Positions 18,342 through 27,807 of a stretch of DNA of 52,839 nucleotides are shown piece by piece; the first letter of the stretch is position 1; each line of letters starts with the position of its first letter. The translations under genes were made by a program, and so were the position numbers. The notes beneath the pieces were generated by a model. That model did no database searches. It saw only the letters and a list, made by a program, of their open reading frames with translations, and had not been told where the DNA came from. The stretch comes from Clostridiales bacterium (GTDB taxonomy: Bacteria > Bacillota > Clostridia > Lachnospirales > Lachnospiraceae). The stretch lies in the NCBI GenBank assembly GCA_012839235.1, contig DUNS01000074.1, forward strand, positions 1-52,839. Direction: 5' to 3'.

Positions 18342-19355
18342 GTGGCTAAGCAAACTGAAGAATTGAATGGACTAACCAAAGCAGCAGTACTTTTAATCAC
18401 CCTAGGACCAGAAAGGTCAGCTAATATATTTAAGCATTTGAAAGAAGAAGAAATTGAATCCCTTACCTTAGAGATTGCCAATACCCGAAGTGTATCCCCT
18501 GCAACTAAAGATCATGTATTGGATGAATTCTATGAGGTATGCTTAGCGCAGCAATACATTGCAGAGGGTGGTATTTCCTATGCTAAGGAATTATTGGAAA
18601 AGGCTCTTGGTGTAGAGAAGGCTAAGGATGTAATTGGTAAATTAACTGCTTCCTTACAGGTTCGACCCTTTGAGTTTGTTAGAAGAACAGATGCATCACA
18701 GCTTCTTAACTTTATACAGGATGAACATCCACAAACTATTGCCTTAATATTATCATACTTATCATCTGCACAGGCTTCAGCTATAATATCATCTCTTGGA
18801 CCTGATAAGCAGGCGGATGTGGCAAAACGTATTGCTCAGATGGATCGTACATCTCCTGATGTAATTAAATCTGTAGAGAAAGTGTTGGAAAGAAAGCTGG
18901 CTTCCTTAGTAAATCAGGATTATACCATTGTTGGCGGTGTGGATTCCATTGTAGAAATACTTAATACAGTTGATCGTGGAACTGAAAAACATATTATGGA
19001 AACTCTTGAAATTGAAGATCCAGAGCTTGCAGATGAGATCCGTCGTAAGATGTTCGTATTTGAAGATATTCTTAGCCTTGATGATAAATCAATTCAGAGA
19101 GTTCTTAGAGAAGTTGATAATAATGAATTGGCAGTTGCTCTTAAGGGTGCCAATGATGAAGTGCAGAATGTTATCTTTAACAACCTGTCTAAGCGTCTAT
19201 CTTCTATGATAAGAGAAGATATGGAATATATGGGTCCTATTCGTTTGAAGGATGTTGAAGAGGCTCAGCAGAAGATTGTTAATATTATCCGTAAACTTGA
19301 GGATTCTTCGGAGATTATTATTTCCAGAGGTGGAGGTGACGAGATAGTTGTCTAA
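18342..19355 (+). CDS. fliG: Flagellar motor switch protein FliG
   Basis: KAAVLLITLG, EHPQTIA, MFVFED, DVEEAQQKI; GTG start. Confidence 0.97.
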   Translation: MAKQTEELNGLTKAAVLLITLGPERSANIFKHLKEEEIESLTLEIANTRSVSPATKDHVLDEFYEVCLAQQYIAEGGISYAKELLEKALGVEKAKDVIGKLTASLQVRPFEFVRRTDASQLLNFIQDEHPQTIALILSYLSSAQASAIISSLGPDKQADVAKRIAQMDRTSPDVIKSVEKVLERKLASLVNQDYTIVGGVDSIVEILNTVDRGTEKHIMETLEIEDPELADEIRRKMFVFEDILSLDDKSIQRVLREVDNNELAVALKGANDEVQNVIFNNLSKRLSSMIREDMEYMGPIRLKDVEEAQQKIVNIIRKLEDSSEIIISRGGGDEIVV

Positions 19356-20136
19356 CGTAATTAAGGCTTATACTATAAGCTATGACAAAAGCGTCACAAA
19401 AACCATCAACGGTTCAGATAACTGGATGGAAAGAGTAAAAGACAATCAAAACAAAACCCCAGAGGTGGTAGAGACTATACCTGAAGATGGTTTTATCACT
19501 GGTTTAAATGCAGTGCATATAAAAGAGATTGCTTCTGAAGAGGAGCAAAAGGAAGTGGCTGGGGAGATTATCCTTAAGGCTGAGAAAGAAGCCCAAGAGA
19601 TAATTGAACAAGCTAAGGCAGAGGCAAATAAATTAAAGGAAGAAGCCTATGAGAGTTCTAAGAAAAAAGGCCATGAAGAGGGTATAGCCCAAGGAATGGC
19701 TGAACTTAAGAAAATGCAAGAGGATCTTATGCATAAGGAGGCTAGCCTCGAACAGGATTATAACAATAAGCTTAAGGATTTGGAACCTCAGATTGCTGAG
19801 ATTATTGGTGGTTTAGTTAGAAAAATCATTGGAGTAGAAGTTGAAGGCAGAGAGGATCTTATTATACATCTTGTGAAGATGGGGTTAAAAAATCAAGAGA
19901 AGTATAATGAGTTTACCATTCGAGTTTCCAGCTATGATTATGAATATGCCAATGAATATAAAGAAACATTAATAAGTTCCTTAGGTAGGGAAGTAGAGTT
20001 ACAATTTGTTGAAGATCCTGAATTAAATGAAAATGAATGTATTATTGAAACAAATTCAACCCTCATTAACTGTAGTTTAGGAGAGCAATTAAAAAATCTT
20101 ACTAATGATCTTAAGCTACTTGGAGGTATGTCCTAA
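19348..20136 (+). CDS. fliH: Flagellar assembly protein FliH
   Basis: AxxxA/GxxxG repeats (KKGHEEGIAQG), ECIIET; lies between fliG and fliI. Confidence 0.88.
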   Translation: MSNVIKAYTISYDKSVTKTINGSDNWMERVKDNQNKTPEVVETIPEDGFITGLNAVHIKEIASEEEQKEVAGEIILKAEKEAQEIIEQAKAEANKLKEEAYESSKKKGHEEGIAQGMAELKKMQEDLMHKEASLEQDYNNKLKDLEPQIAEIIGGLVRKIIGVEVEGREDLIIHLVKMGLKNQEKYNEFTIRVSSYDYEYANEYKETLISSLGREVELQFVEDPELNENECIIETNSTLINCSLGEQLKNLTNDLKLLGGMS

Positions 20137-20156
20137 AAGAAAGCAGGTACAGGGAG

Positions 20157-21467
20157 ATGCCGATAGACTTAACAAAATATAAAGACTTGATAGATAGCAA
20201 TTTTATTAAAGAATATGGTAGGGTAGTCAAGATGGTAGGTCTAACCTTAGAAGCCTCTGGCTTGACAGCTAACCTAGGAGATATCTGCTATATATCTGGG
20301 GATAACCCTGATGATAGGAAAATTGCTGAAGTTATTGGCTTTCGTGAGAATAGATTGCTTTTAATGCCCTATGATGAAATGACTGGAGTAGGTATAGGAA
20401 GTCTAGTGGAGAATACAGGAACTTCATTTAAAGTTCCTGTTGGAGAAGAACTCCTAGGCAAGACACTTGATGGTTTGGGTAATCCCATAGATGGAACTAC
20501 ACTACGTTATACTAATCATTATCCTTCAGAGGCTCCACCACCGGATCCTTTAAAACGTAAGTTGATTGATGAAGTATTGCCCCTTGGAGTAAAAGCTGTT
20601 GATGGACTTTTGACAGTTGGTAAAGGCCAAAGAATTGGTATATTTGCAGGAAGCGGTGTGGGTAAAAGTACATTACTTGGTATGTTTGCAAGAAATACGA
20701 AAGCAGATATTAATGTTATCGCACTTATAGGAGAGCGTGGTCGAGAGGTTCGAGAGTTTATTGAAAGGGACCTGGGGGAAGAGGGAATGAAAAGGTCAGT
20801 TCTTGTTGTATCTACCTCAGACCGACCAGCACTTATCCGTAAGAAAGCTGCTAATACAGCTACTGCTATTGCTGAATACTTTAGGGATCAAGGGAAGGAT
20901 GTTCTTTTTATGATGGACTCCTTGACACGATTTTCTATGGCTCAGAGAGAAATTGGCTTAGCATCAGGAGAACCACCGGTTTCAAGAGGTTATCCTCCTA
21001 GTGTATATGCAGAGATGCCAAAGCTACTGGAGAGAGCTGGCAACTCAGAGATTGGTTCTATTACGGGCTTATATACTGTCTTAGTAGATGGTGATGATTT
21101 CAACGAGCCTATTACAGATACAGCAAGATCTATATTAGACGGGCATGTTATGTTGTCTAGAAAGCTGGTTCAAAAGAACCATTATCCAGCTATAGACGTC
21201 CTGCAAAGTATATCCCGTGTAATGAGCAGTATTGTTAGTGATGAGCATAAGGCTGCGGCTGGGAGGCTAAAGAATGTTTTAGCAACCTATCAAGATGCAG
21301 AGGATCTGATTAATATAGGTGCTTATAAAAGCGGCTCCAACGAAGAGATTGATTATGCTATAACTAAGATCAAAGAGGTTAATAGTTTCTTGACTCAAGA
21401 TATTGAAAAAAAATATGATTTTGAAGAGGAACTTGATTTGTTAATGGGGATATTTAGAGAAGAATGA
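20157..21467 (+). CDS. fliI: Flagellar export ATPase FliI
   Basis: GQRIGIFAGSGVGKS, GERGREV, MDSLTRF, ILDGH. Confidence 0.97.
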   Translation: MPIDLTKYKDLIDSNFIKEYGRVVKMVGLTLEASGLTANLGDICYISGDNPDDRKIAEVIGFRENRLLLMPYDEMTGVGIGSLVENTGTSFKVPVGEELLGKTLDGLGNPIDGTTLRYTNHYPSEAPPPDPLKRKLIDEVLPLGVKAVDGLLTVGKGQRIGIFAGSGVGKSTLLGMFARNTKADINVIALIGERGREVREFIERDLGEEGMKRSVLVVSTSDRPALIRKKAANTATAIAEYFRDQGKDVLFMMDSLTRFSMAQREIGLASGEPPVSRGYPPSVYAEMPKLLERAGNSEIGSITGLYTVLVDGDDFNEPITDTARSILDGHVMLSRKLVQKNHYPAIDVLQSISRVMSSIVSDEHKAAAGRLKNVLATYQDAEDLINIGAYKSGSNEEIDYAITKIKEVNSFLTQDIEKKYDFEEELDLLMGIFREE

Positions 21468-21925
21468 AAAAATTTCGTTATTCCATGGAGAACATCCTTA
21501 AAATAAAAATAAAGTTAGAGGATCAAGCAAAGATTGCATACAGTGAGGCTAGAGCCCGGTTAACCAGGGAAGAGCAGAAGCTTGAGAATTTAAAAAATCA
21601 GAAAGCTGATTATGAGGAAAAGCTAAGAACATTAACAAACTCAAAGCTTAATCTGATGGAAATTCGTCGATGTGGGGATGCAATTGAAATAATTAAATAT
21701 AAGATTAAGATACAAATAATTCAAGTAAAAGAGGCTGAGAAAAGGCTAGAAGCAGCAAGAGTTCATTTGAGTAATGCTATGACTGAGCGTAAAACTCAGG
21801 AAAAGCTTAAAGAGAAAGCCTTTGAGACTTACATGGAAGAATTTGAAGCAGAGGAACGTAAAGAAGCTGATGAGATAAACAGCTTTCAATATAGCAATTT
21901 ATCGCTGGATGAGGAGGATAGGTGA
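21464..21925 (+). CDS. fliJ: Flagellar export protein FliJ
   Basis: MKKFRYSME N-terminus, coiled coil, EERKEADE; overlaps the fliI stop. Confidence 0.92.
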   Translation: MKKFRYSMENILKIKIKLEDQAKIAYSEARARLTREEQKLENLKNQKADYEEKLRTLTNSKLNLMEIRRCGDAIEIIKYKIKIQIIQVKEAEKRLEAARVHLSNAMTERKTQEKLKEKAFETYMEEFEAEERKEADEINSFQYSNLSLDEEDR

Positions 21926-22689
21926 TGGCAAAAAAGTCAAATGCCTTAGGGAAGGATAACAAGGAAGGGAATAAAGTCTTAACTATATTAATATCCCTTT
22001 TAATTGTAATCATCTGGCTAGCAATATTCGCACTATTAATTAAATTAGATGTGGGTAGCTTTGGTTCAGGTGTACTAAGACCAATACTTAAAGATGTCCC
22101 TGTTATTAGATTAATACTCCCAGATGTTACAGATAAGCAAGTGGCTTTAGAGAATAATTATTCTTATTCATCCTTGCCTGAAGCGGTGGCAAGAATTAAT
22201 GAGCTGGAGCTTATAGTGGAGGAATTGAATAAGCAAAAAGAAGAAGCACAAGTGGATTCATCAGAGCTTCAAGCTGAAATAGACCGATTAAGAGCGTTTG
22301 AGGAAAATCAATTAGCCTTTGAAGAAAGACAGCTGGAATTTGATAGAAATGTTATTTTTAATGAGAAGGCTCCAGAGCTAGAGGAGTACAAATCTTATTA
22401 TGAGAACATTAATCCTTCTAATGCTGAAATATTGTACAGACAAGTTGTTGAACAAATGGAATTTTCAGCATCAATTAAAGAAAAGGCTGAGATCTATAAA
22501 AATATGGATCCAAAAGCCGCTGCTAGTATTTTAGAAACAATGTCTGCAGATATTGAAGCGGTTTCTCAGATTTTACTAAGTATGAAGGCTAAAGAGAGCG
22601 CTGCAATAATGGCGGAAATGGACAATGTATTTGCAGCTAAAGTAACTAATAAGATGTTGGATCTTGATGAGGAAAGGTTGTCCAATTAA
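21925..22689 (+). CDS. MotE/YlxF-like flagellar protein (TM + coiled coil + MgtE-N-like C-terminus)
   Basis: N-terminal TM, YKNMDPKAAASILETM, ILLSMKAKESAAIM; same position as B. subtilis ylxF. Confidence 0.75.
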   Translation: MAKKSNALGKDNKEGNKVLTILISLLIVIIWLAIFALLIKLDVGSFGSGVLRPILKDVPVIRLILPDVTDKQVALENNYSYSSLPEAVARINELELIVEELNKQKEEAQVDSSELQAEIDRLRAFEENQLAFEERQLEFDRNVIFNEKAPELEEYKSYYENINPSNAEILYRQVVEQMEFSASIKEKAEIYKNMDPKAAASILETMSADIEAVSQILLSMKAKESAAIMAEMDNVFAAKVTNKMLDLDEERLSN

Positions 22690-22693
22690 GGTG

Positions 22694-22739
22694 ATTACAA
22701 TAGGGATTTCTGTTATGAAGATAGAAAGACCTTTGTAAT
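22694..22739 (+). other. Intergenic stem-loop before fliK
   Basis: ATTACAA..AGG/CCT..TTGTAAT with inner TTTCTGT/ATAGAAA; no U-tract. Confidence 0.45.
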
Positions 22740-22773
22740 ATATAATATTAATGGGGAAAGGAGGAAACTTAGG

Positions 22774-24297
22774 ATGACAGCACAGAGTGTAAAAACTCAG
22801 CCTATGGATTTTTCAAGAGGGACTGCAAGGCATAAGGTAAAAGGTTTATCAAGCTCAAGTGGATTTGACCAGGTTATGGATAGCAGTATGAAGACGAAAG
22901 TGAATGACAGTAACAAGCTCACTACTAGTCGGAACACAGTTAAGGCAAAGGTTAAGGAAGCTGTAGGGGCAGTTATCAAAGAGCAATCAAAGGTTAATCC
23001 AAATATTAATTCAGAGACAGTAGCCAAAGGTGAAGAATTGGGATTAGTAGATAATGGGACCTTAGAGAAAGATATCTTGGTTGATAACACTGATGATGAG
23101 TCTTTAATAACAGAAGACGTACTCCTAGAAATATTAGGAAGCATTCAACAAGCTATTATGAATGTCCTTAATATTGATATGGAAGAGCTTGCTAAGGCTA
23201 TGGAAGACCTTGGGATTGTAAACGTGGATTTATTAAATCCAGATACCTTAAGACAGCTTGTACTAATGACTAATGGCAAGTCGGAAGCAATCGCATTCTT
23301 AACTGATGAAAATCTTGTAAGGTCAGTGAATGAGCTTATGGAGAATGTAGACACTATCTTATCACATGCTGGTATTGATCTATCTGAGGATGAACTTAAA
23401 GCTTTTGCAGAGAAACTACATAATATTATGACAGCTAATAAACAAGACTTGGATAATATACCTCATAATAATCAGCAGCTAGAAGAGGATTTTAATTCTA
23501 GTTCAGCCACAAGTATGGATAGCCAAGCACCAGATGCAAGTTTAGATCAAGATGTGATTAGTAATAATGCCTCAGTTTTAGATAATGCTGCAGATAAAAC
23601 AATGAGACAGGAAGTTAAAACAGAGCATACATCAAAGACAGAGATGGACAATAAGCTAGCTGATACAGTTGAAAGCAAGGCTTCTAATGTAGTCGAAACC
23701 AGAGAGCTAGAGTTTTCACAGACAGATCAGGATGACAATAATTCCAATGATATGAATTCTAAGAATCAATTTGATGGATTTATTGACCAAATGATTAATG
23801 TTACACAGAAGACACAGCAAGTAGACTTTATTGGTAATGAGATGCAGATTACTGAATTTAGAGAAATTGCCAATCAAATTATCGAACAGATTAAAGTAAC
23901 AGTCTTGCAAGATCAAACTTCAATGGAACTACAGCTTAATCCTGAAAACCTTGGTAAGGTCAATCTCTCATTGCAATCTAAGGATGGAGTATTAACAGCT
24001 CAGTTTGTTGTTAATAACGACCGTGTGAGGGAGGCTATTGAAAGCCAGATGGTTGTCCTAAAGGATAACTTAGAGCAACAGGGACTAAAGGTTGATACAA
24101 TTGAAGTAACAGTTGCAAACTACACCTTTGATGGGAGACATGAATCTAATTCTTCTGGGGCTTCAAAGGAAGAACAACATACTAGACGAAGGATTTCTTT
24201 GGAAGAAGCAATAAGTATGAGTGAGTTATCCCAGGATGAAGAAGAGATAGGCATTTTGAACAGTGAGCTAGGTAATCGAATTGATTATACCGCTTAA
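22774..24297 (+). CDS. fliK: Flagellar hook-length control protein FliK
   Basis: Low-complexity N-terminus; C-terminal MELQLNPENLGKV...LEQQGLKV domain. Confidence 0.92.
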   Translation: MTAQSVKTQPMDFSRGTARHKVKGLSSSSGFDQVMDSSMKTKVNDSNKLTTSRNTVKAKVKEAVGAVIKEQSKVNPNINSETVAKGEELGLVDNGTLEKDILVDNTDDESLITEDVLLEILGSIQQAIMNVLNIDMEELAKAMEDLGIVNVDLLNPDTLRQLVLMTNGKSEAIAFLTDENLVRSVNELMENVDTILSHAGIDLSEDELKAFAEKLHNIMTANKQDLDNIPHNNQQLEEDFNSSSATSMDSQAPDASLDQDVISNNASVLDNAADKTMRQEVKTEHTSKTEMDNKLADTVESKASNVVETRELEFSQTDQDDNNSNDMNSKNQFDGFIDQMINVTQKTQQVDFIGNEMQITEFREIANQIIEQIKVTVLQDQTSMELQLNPENLGKVNLSLQSKDGVLTAQFVVNNDRVREAIESQMVVLKDNLEQQGLKVDTIEVTVANYTFDGRHESNSSGASKEEQHTRRRISLEEAISMSELSQDEEEIGILNSELGNRIDYTA

Positions 24298-24334
24298 GAA
24301 TGATATGAAATTATAAGGAAAGGCAGGTGTTAAT

Positions 24335-25120
24335 ATGTCGGAATTAATACAATCAGTGACTAAAGGAGTATTTGATCAAGCTAAAGCAAGTGCAGCTACT
24401 ACTGATACTTCCAACGGGCTGGGAAAGGATGCATTTTTACAGCTTCTTGTAACACAGATGAAATATCAGGATCCACTAAATCCTAATACGGACACAGAAT
24501 TCATTGCTCAGCTTGCAACATTCTCACAATTGGAGCAATTACAGAATCTTGGTTCAACTACTACTAATTCTCAGGCCTTTAGTTTGGTTGGTAGAAATGT
24601 AATTCTTAATACTAAGACTGCTAGTGGCGAGATAAAACCTGTAAGCGGGCGAGTAGATTTTGTAAGCATGAAAAGTAACAAAGCTTATCTGTCGGTTAAT
24701 GGAGAACTTTACAGTATTGATCAGCTTTACAGTGTTGTATCAGATGCTTATATCATTGAAAAGGGTCTTCCTGGTATTGAGGATAAGGTAGAACTTGCAT
24801 ATGATGCTGAGAAACCACAGAATCTAACATTTACTGTTAATCCTGGTGAGGGAGACATGCTAGCTAATCAGGTTGCTATAGCAATCGATGGAACCTTATT
24901 GGATAGCCAATATGTAACCATGAGTGGCAATAAGGTAACTATAAGTAAGGAAGCATTAGCAAAGCTACCTAATGGTGAATATAAAGTTGCTGTAATATTT
25001 AACGATCCATACCTTACAACTGTTATGGATAAGGTGAGCTTAGAGGTTAAAAACTCAGTAATAGAAGAGCTTCCTGAGGAACCAACAGAACCAGAGGAAC
25101 CGGAAGAGTCTGAAGAATAG
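24335..25120 (+). CDS. flgD: Flagellar hook-capping protein FlgD with extra C-terminal X2/Ig-like domain
   Basis: LGKDAFLQLLVTQMKYQDPLNP, AQLATFSQLEQ; about 95 extra residues plus an acidic tail. Confidence 0.93.
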   Translation: MSELIQSVTKGVFDQAKASAATTDTSNGLGKDAFLQLLVTQMKYQDPLNPNTDTEFIAQLATFSQLEQLQNLGSTTTNSQAFSLVGRNVILNTKTASGEIKPVSGRVDFVSMKSNKAYLSVNGELYSIDQLYSVVSDAYIIEKGLPGIEDKVELAYDAEKPQNLTFTVNPGEGDMLANQVAIAIDGTLLDSQYVTMSGNKVTISKEALAKLPNGEYKVAVIFNDPYLTTVMDKVSLEVKNSVIEELPEEPTEPEEPEESEE

Positions 25121-25169
25121 GAGATTTTTGAACTAGATGTTTTGTAAGGATAAGGAAGGTGATGAATAA

Positions 25170-25574
25170 ATGAGTATTAATGTTAATCAATTTCCTTCAA
25201 TAGAGCAGATGACTAGAAAGATTGGGACAGGTGCTAATCTATCCAATCAGAATCTGCAAAAGAAGATTTCACGGGATACTTCCTTCCAAGAGATATTAGA
25301 AAAGCAGCAATTAGCTAAGAGAACCAGTGAACTTAAATTTTCAAAGCATGCTAATGAGAGACTTGCCAGTCGTAATATCGATTTGAGTGAAGACCAGCTA
25401 CAAAGACTAGAGACTGGGGCTATGAAAGCTTCAGAGAAGGGAATAACTGAATCCTTAGTAATGGTAGATAATCTGGCCTTTATCGTGAATATTAAAAGCA
25501 GTACAGTAATAACTGCAGTTAACGATGGAGAGGACAAGGTATTTACCAATATAGATGGAGCAGTGGTAATTTAG
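25170..25574 (+). CDS. Flagellar operon protein (TIGR02530 type)
   Basis: LKFSKHANERLASRNI, AFIVN...TVITA, VFTNIDGAV; lies between flgD and flgE. Confidence 0.85.
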   Translation: MSINVNQFPSIEQMTRKIGTGANLSNQNLQKKISRDTSFQEILEKQQLAKRTSELKFSKHANERLASRNIDLSEDQLQRLETGAMKASEKGITESLVMVDNLAFIVNIKSSTVITAVNDGEDKVFTNIDGAVVI

Positions 25575-25623
25575 CGCCGGACCTTATGGAGGCGTTGGTA
25601 TCCATGACTGACAGATTGGATAC
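25574..25623 (+). promoter_or_regulatory. Candidate structured leader of flgE
   Basis: Two hairpins, GCGCC/GGCGT and GTATCCA/TGGATAC, GC-rich against background, with several GGA triplets. Confidence 0.5.
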
Positions 25624-25656
25624 AGAATATTTAAGACTATAGGAGGTCAATTAATT

Positions 25657-27141
25657 ATGATGAGAGCATTATTCTCTGGTGTTTCAGGACTTAAAGTTCA
25701 CCAGACAAAGATGGACGTAATAGGTAATAATATAGCTAACGTTAACACAATTGGTTTTAAATCAAGTTCAGTTAATTTTTCAGATGTTTTTTATCAGACA
25801 ACTCAAAGTGCAACAGGCCCAAATGCTGAAACTGGAACTACAGGCCGTAATGCAATGCAGATTGGTCTTGGTGCTAATGTTTCTTCTATTACGCAAGCTA
25901 TATCCACACCAGGTGCAGCTCAAAGAACCGATAACCCTTTTGATATTATGATTGAAGGAGATGCTTTCTTTATTGTCAAAAGTGGTGGAGTAAACTATTT
26001 CACAAAGGCAGGTTCCTTTGGGGTAGATGAATATGGTACCTTATGTACACCATCAGGAGCGGCTGTTATGGGCTGGCAGGTTGATAAAAATAACCCTAAA
26101 CGTATTGTTAGGGATACAGTAAGTGAACTTAATATTATGGGTCCAGATAATTTATATTCTCAACCTGAAGCGACAAAAGCTGGTTATTTAGCGGGTAATA
26201 TTGATAAATTAGATGAACAGCTAACAGAAGATGATGGTAAGATTGTTAATATATCCTTCTATGATAAAACAGGTCAAAGTTATACAGCAGATTTAAAGCT
26301 TTATAAAAATACAGGTGATGGTGATGGTGAATATAGAGTTGATATAACTGATGTAACAGATAAAAGTGGTAATTCTATATTTACAACTAAGGATGATTCA
26401 GGAACCTATAGTTTATCAGGAATAACAAGATTTGATTTTGCTGGAATCCAATACACAGCAACAGCAGTTGATCCAGTTAGTGGTAAAGTGACTTTTACGA
26501 AAAATCCTGCCGATGATGCAATGATTAAATTCAATGATGCAACTGGAGAATTCTTAAGTGTTACAGGGGTAGAGGATGATACAGAAGATCCAATTGAGGA
26601 TATAAAAAGTATTGGTTTCACAGTATATTCTAACGCAGCTGCAATAACAGATGAAACAGTTAATGCTTTTGAAACCATTGACCTAAACTTCTCCTCACTA
26701 ACCCAATATGCAACGAGTGGTGCATCTAATGTAACAGCTATTAGGGGTTCATTAGAAGGAAAAGATGCTGGAAGAGCATTTGGTAATATGACAGGTGTTA
26801 GTGTTGATGCAACTGGTAAGATATTTGGTAAATATGATAATGGTGATAGCATCCTACTAGGACAAATTGCAGTTGCTACCTTCTCTAACCCATCGGGTCT
26901 TGAGGCAGTAGGTAACAATATGTTTGCTGCGACACAGAACTCTGGGGACTTTGATGGTATTGGACAGGATCCTAGCCAGGGTGGTGGTAAATTAACAACA
27001 GGTGTGCTAGAGATGTCCAACGTAGATCTTTCTGCACAATTTACAGATATGATTACAACTCAGAGAGGCTTCCAGGCTAACTCAAGAATTATTACAACCT
27101 CTGACACATTGCTGGAAGAGCTAATCAATCTTAAACGATAA
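25657..27141 (+). CDS. flgE: Flagellar hook protein FlgE
   Basis: MMRALFSGVSGL, GNNIANVNTIGFK, LEMSNVDLS, QRGFQANSRIITT. Confidence 0.96.
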   Translation: MMRALFSGVSGLKVHQTKMDVIGNNIANVNTIGFKSSSVNFSDVFYQTTQSATGPNAETGTTGRNAMQIGLGANVSSITQAISTPGAAQRTDNPFDIMIEGDAFFIVKSGGVNYFTKAGSFGVDEYGTLCTPSGAAVMGWQVDKNNPKRIVRDTVSELNIMGPDNLYSQPEATKAGYLAGNIDKLDEQLTEDDGKIVNISFYDKTGQSYTADLKLYKNTGDGDGEYRVDITDVTDKSGNSIFTTKDDSGTYSLSGITRFDFAGIQYTATAVDPVSGKVTFTKNPADDAMIKFNDATGEFLSVTGVEDDTEDPIEDIKSIGFTVYSNAAAITDETVNAFETIDLNFSSLTQYATSGASNVTAIRGSLEGKDAGRAFGNMTGVSVDATGKIFGKYDNGDSILLGQIAVATFSNPSGLEAVGNNMFAATQNSGDFDGIGQDPSQGGGKLTTGVLEMSNVDLSAQFTDMITTQRGFQANSRIITTSDTLLEELINLKR

Positions 27142-27187
27142 TCTTAGTATTAGATAAAGTAATAAGCGTATTAACTGCCTAATCATT

Positions 27188-27227
27188 ATATAAACGGGTG
27201 GTTGCCAAGCTGTCCACCCGTTTATAT
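27188..27227 (+). terminator. Strong hairpin after flgE (partial terminator or mRNA-stabilising stem)
   Basis: Perfect 14-bp ATATAAACGGGTGG/CCACCCGTTTATAT; no clean U-tract. Confidence 0.6.
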
Positions 27228-27237
27228 GATACAATAT

Positions 27238-27606
27238 TCACGAATAAGCAGATTAGTCCGTGATGGATAGCAAGGATAAGTGCAACTGTGAAAAGTTCCT
27301 AATCTGTAAATTCATGATATGACAAAAACGTAGTGAAGAATTGCAAGCTTGCTTGCATATTCTGATCGGAGTGCCAAGATCATGAAGTGTTTTCTTCATG
27401 ATATGCTTAATAACAAGTGAATAGGATTGCCACTTCATCTTGTATTATATATGTTAATGATAACCAAGCTTCAGAACAAGTGTTATCCCAGGTGCTAACT
27501 CCTTGTTCTTTCAGGTTTTTGAGATGCCGTATAGGGGTGTCATGCAGGATTAGATTGAATATTTGTGCCTTCGGCCCAAAGTTTGCAAGCTGTGATGAAA
27601 GGAATG
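27238..27606 (+). repeat. Family 2 repeat, longest copy (modules A, B, C, D)
   Basis: A CACGAATAAGCAGATTAGTC (27239-27258); B CAAGCTTGCTTGCA (27344-27357); C GGTGCTAACTCCTTGTTCTT...TTTTGAGATGC (27491-27527); D 27561-27606. Each module recurs at other junctions. Confidence 0.85.
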
Positions 27607-27615
27607 AGTGTTTAC

Positions 27616-27807
27616 ATGATTGAAGTCACACGACTAAATGATAGAAAAATTTTAATCAATGCTGAATTAATTGAAAGGGTTGAGGAATCTCCTGATACCA
27701 TGATTACACTAACCTCAGGCAGTAAATTAATTGTTAAGGAAAGTAGACAAGAGATTAGAGATCTTGTAGTGTCATATAAAAAAGAGATTTTGTGTCGAGA
27801 ATTATAG
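27616..27807 (+). CDS. flbD: Flagellar protein FlbD (SwrD/YlzI family)
   Basis: MIEVTRLN...INAELIERVEESPDTMITL..G...IVKES. Confidence 0.9.
   Translation: MIEVTRLNDRKILINAELIERVEESPDTMITLTSGSKLIVKESRQEIRDLVVSYKKEILCREL

Noticed and set aside
25126-25155. TTTTGAACT-AGATG-TTTTGTAAGGATAAGG as a family 2 relic (similar to 39708-39745)
   Set aside because: Short, gapped and AT-rich; cannot be distinguished from chance without a profile score.
27567-27575. cUUCGg tetraloop in module D
   Set aside because: Only one closing pair is possible; the real register is GCC-TTC-GGC with a 3-nt loop.
27253-27623. 61-aa and 68-aa ORFs within the long family 2 copy
   Set aside because: No SD or motifs, and the reading frame is not preserved in other copies.
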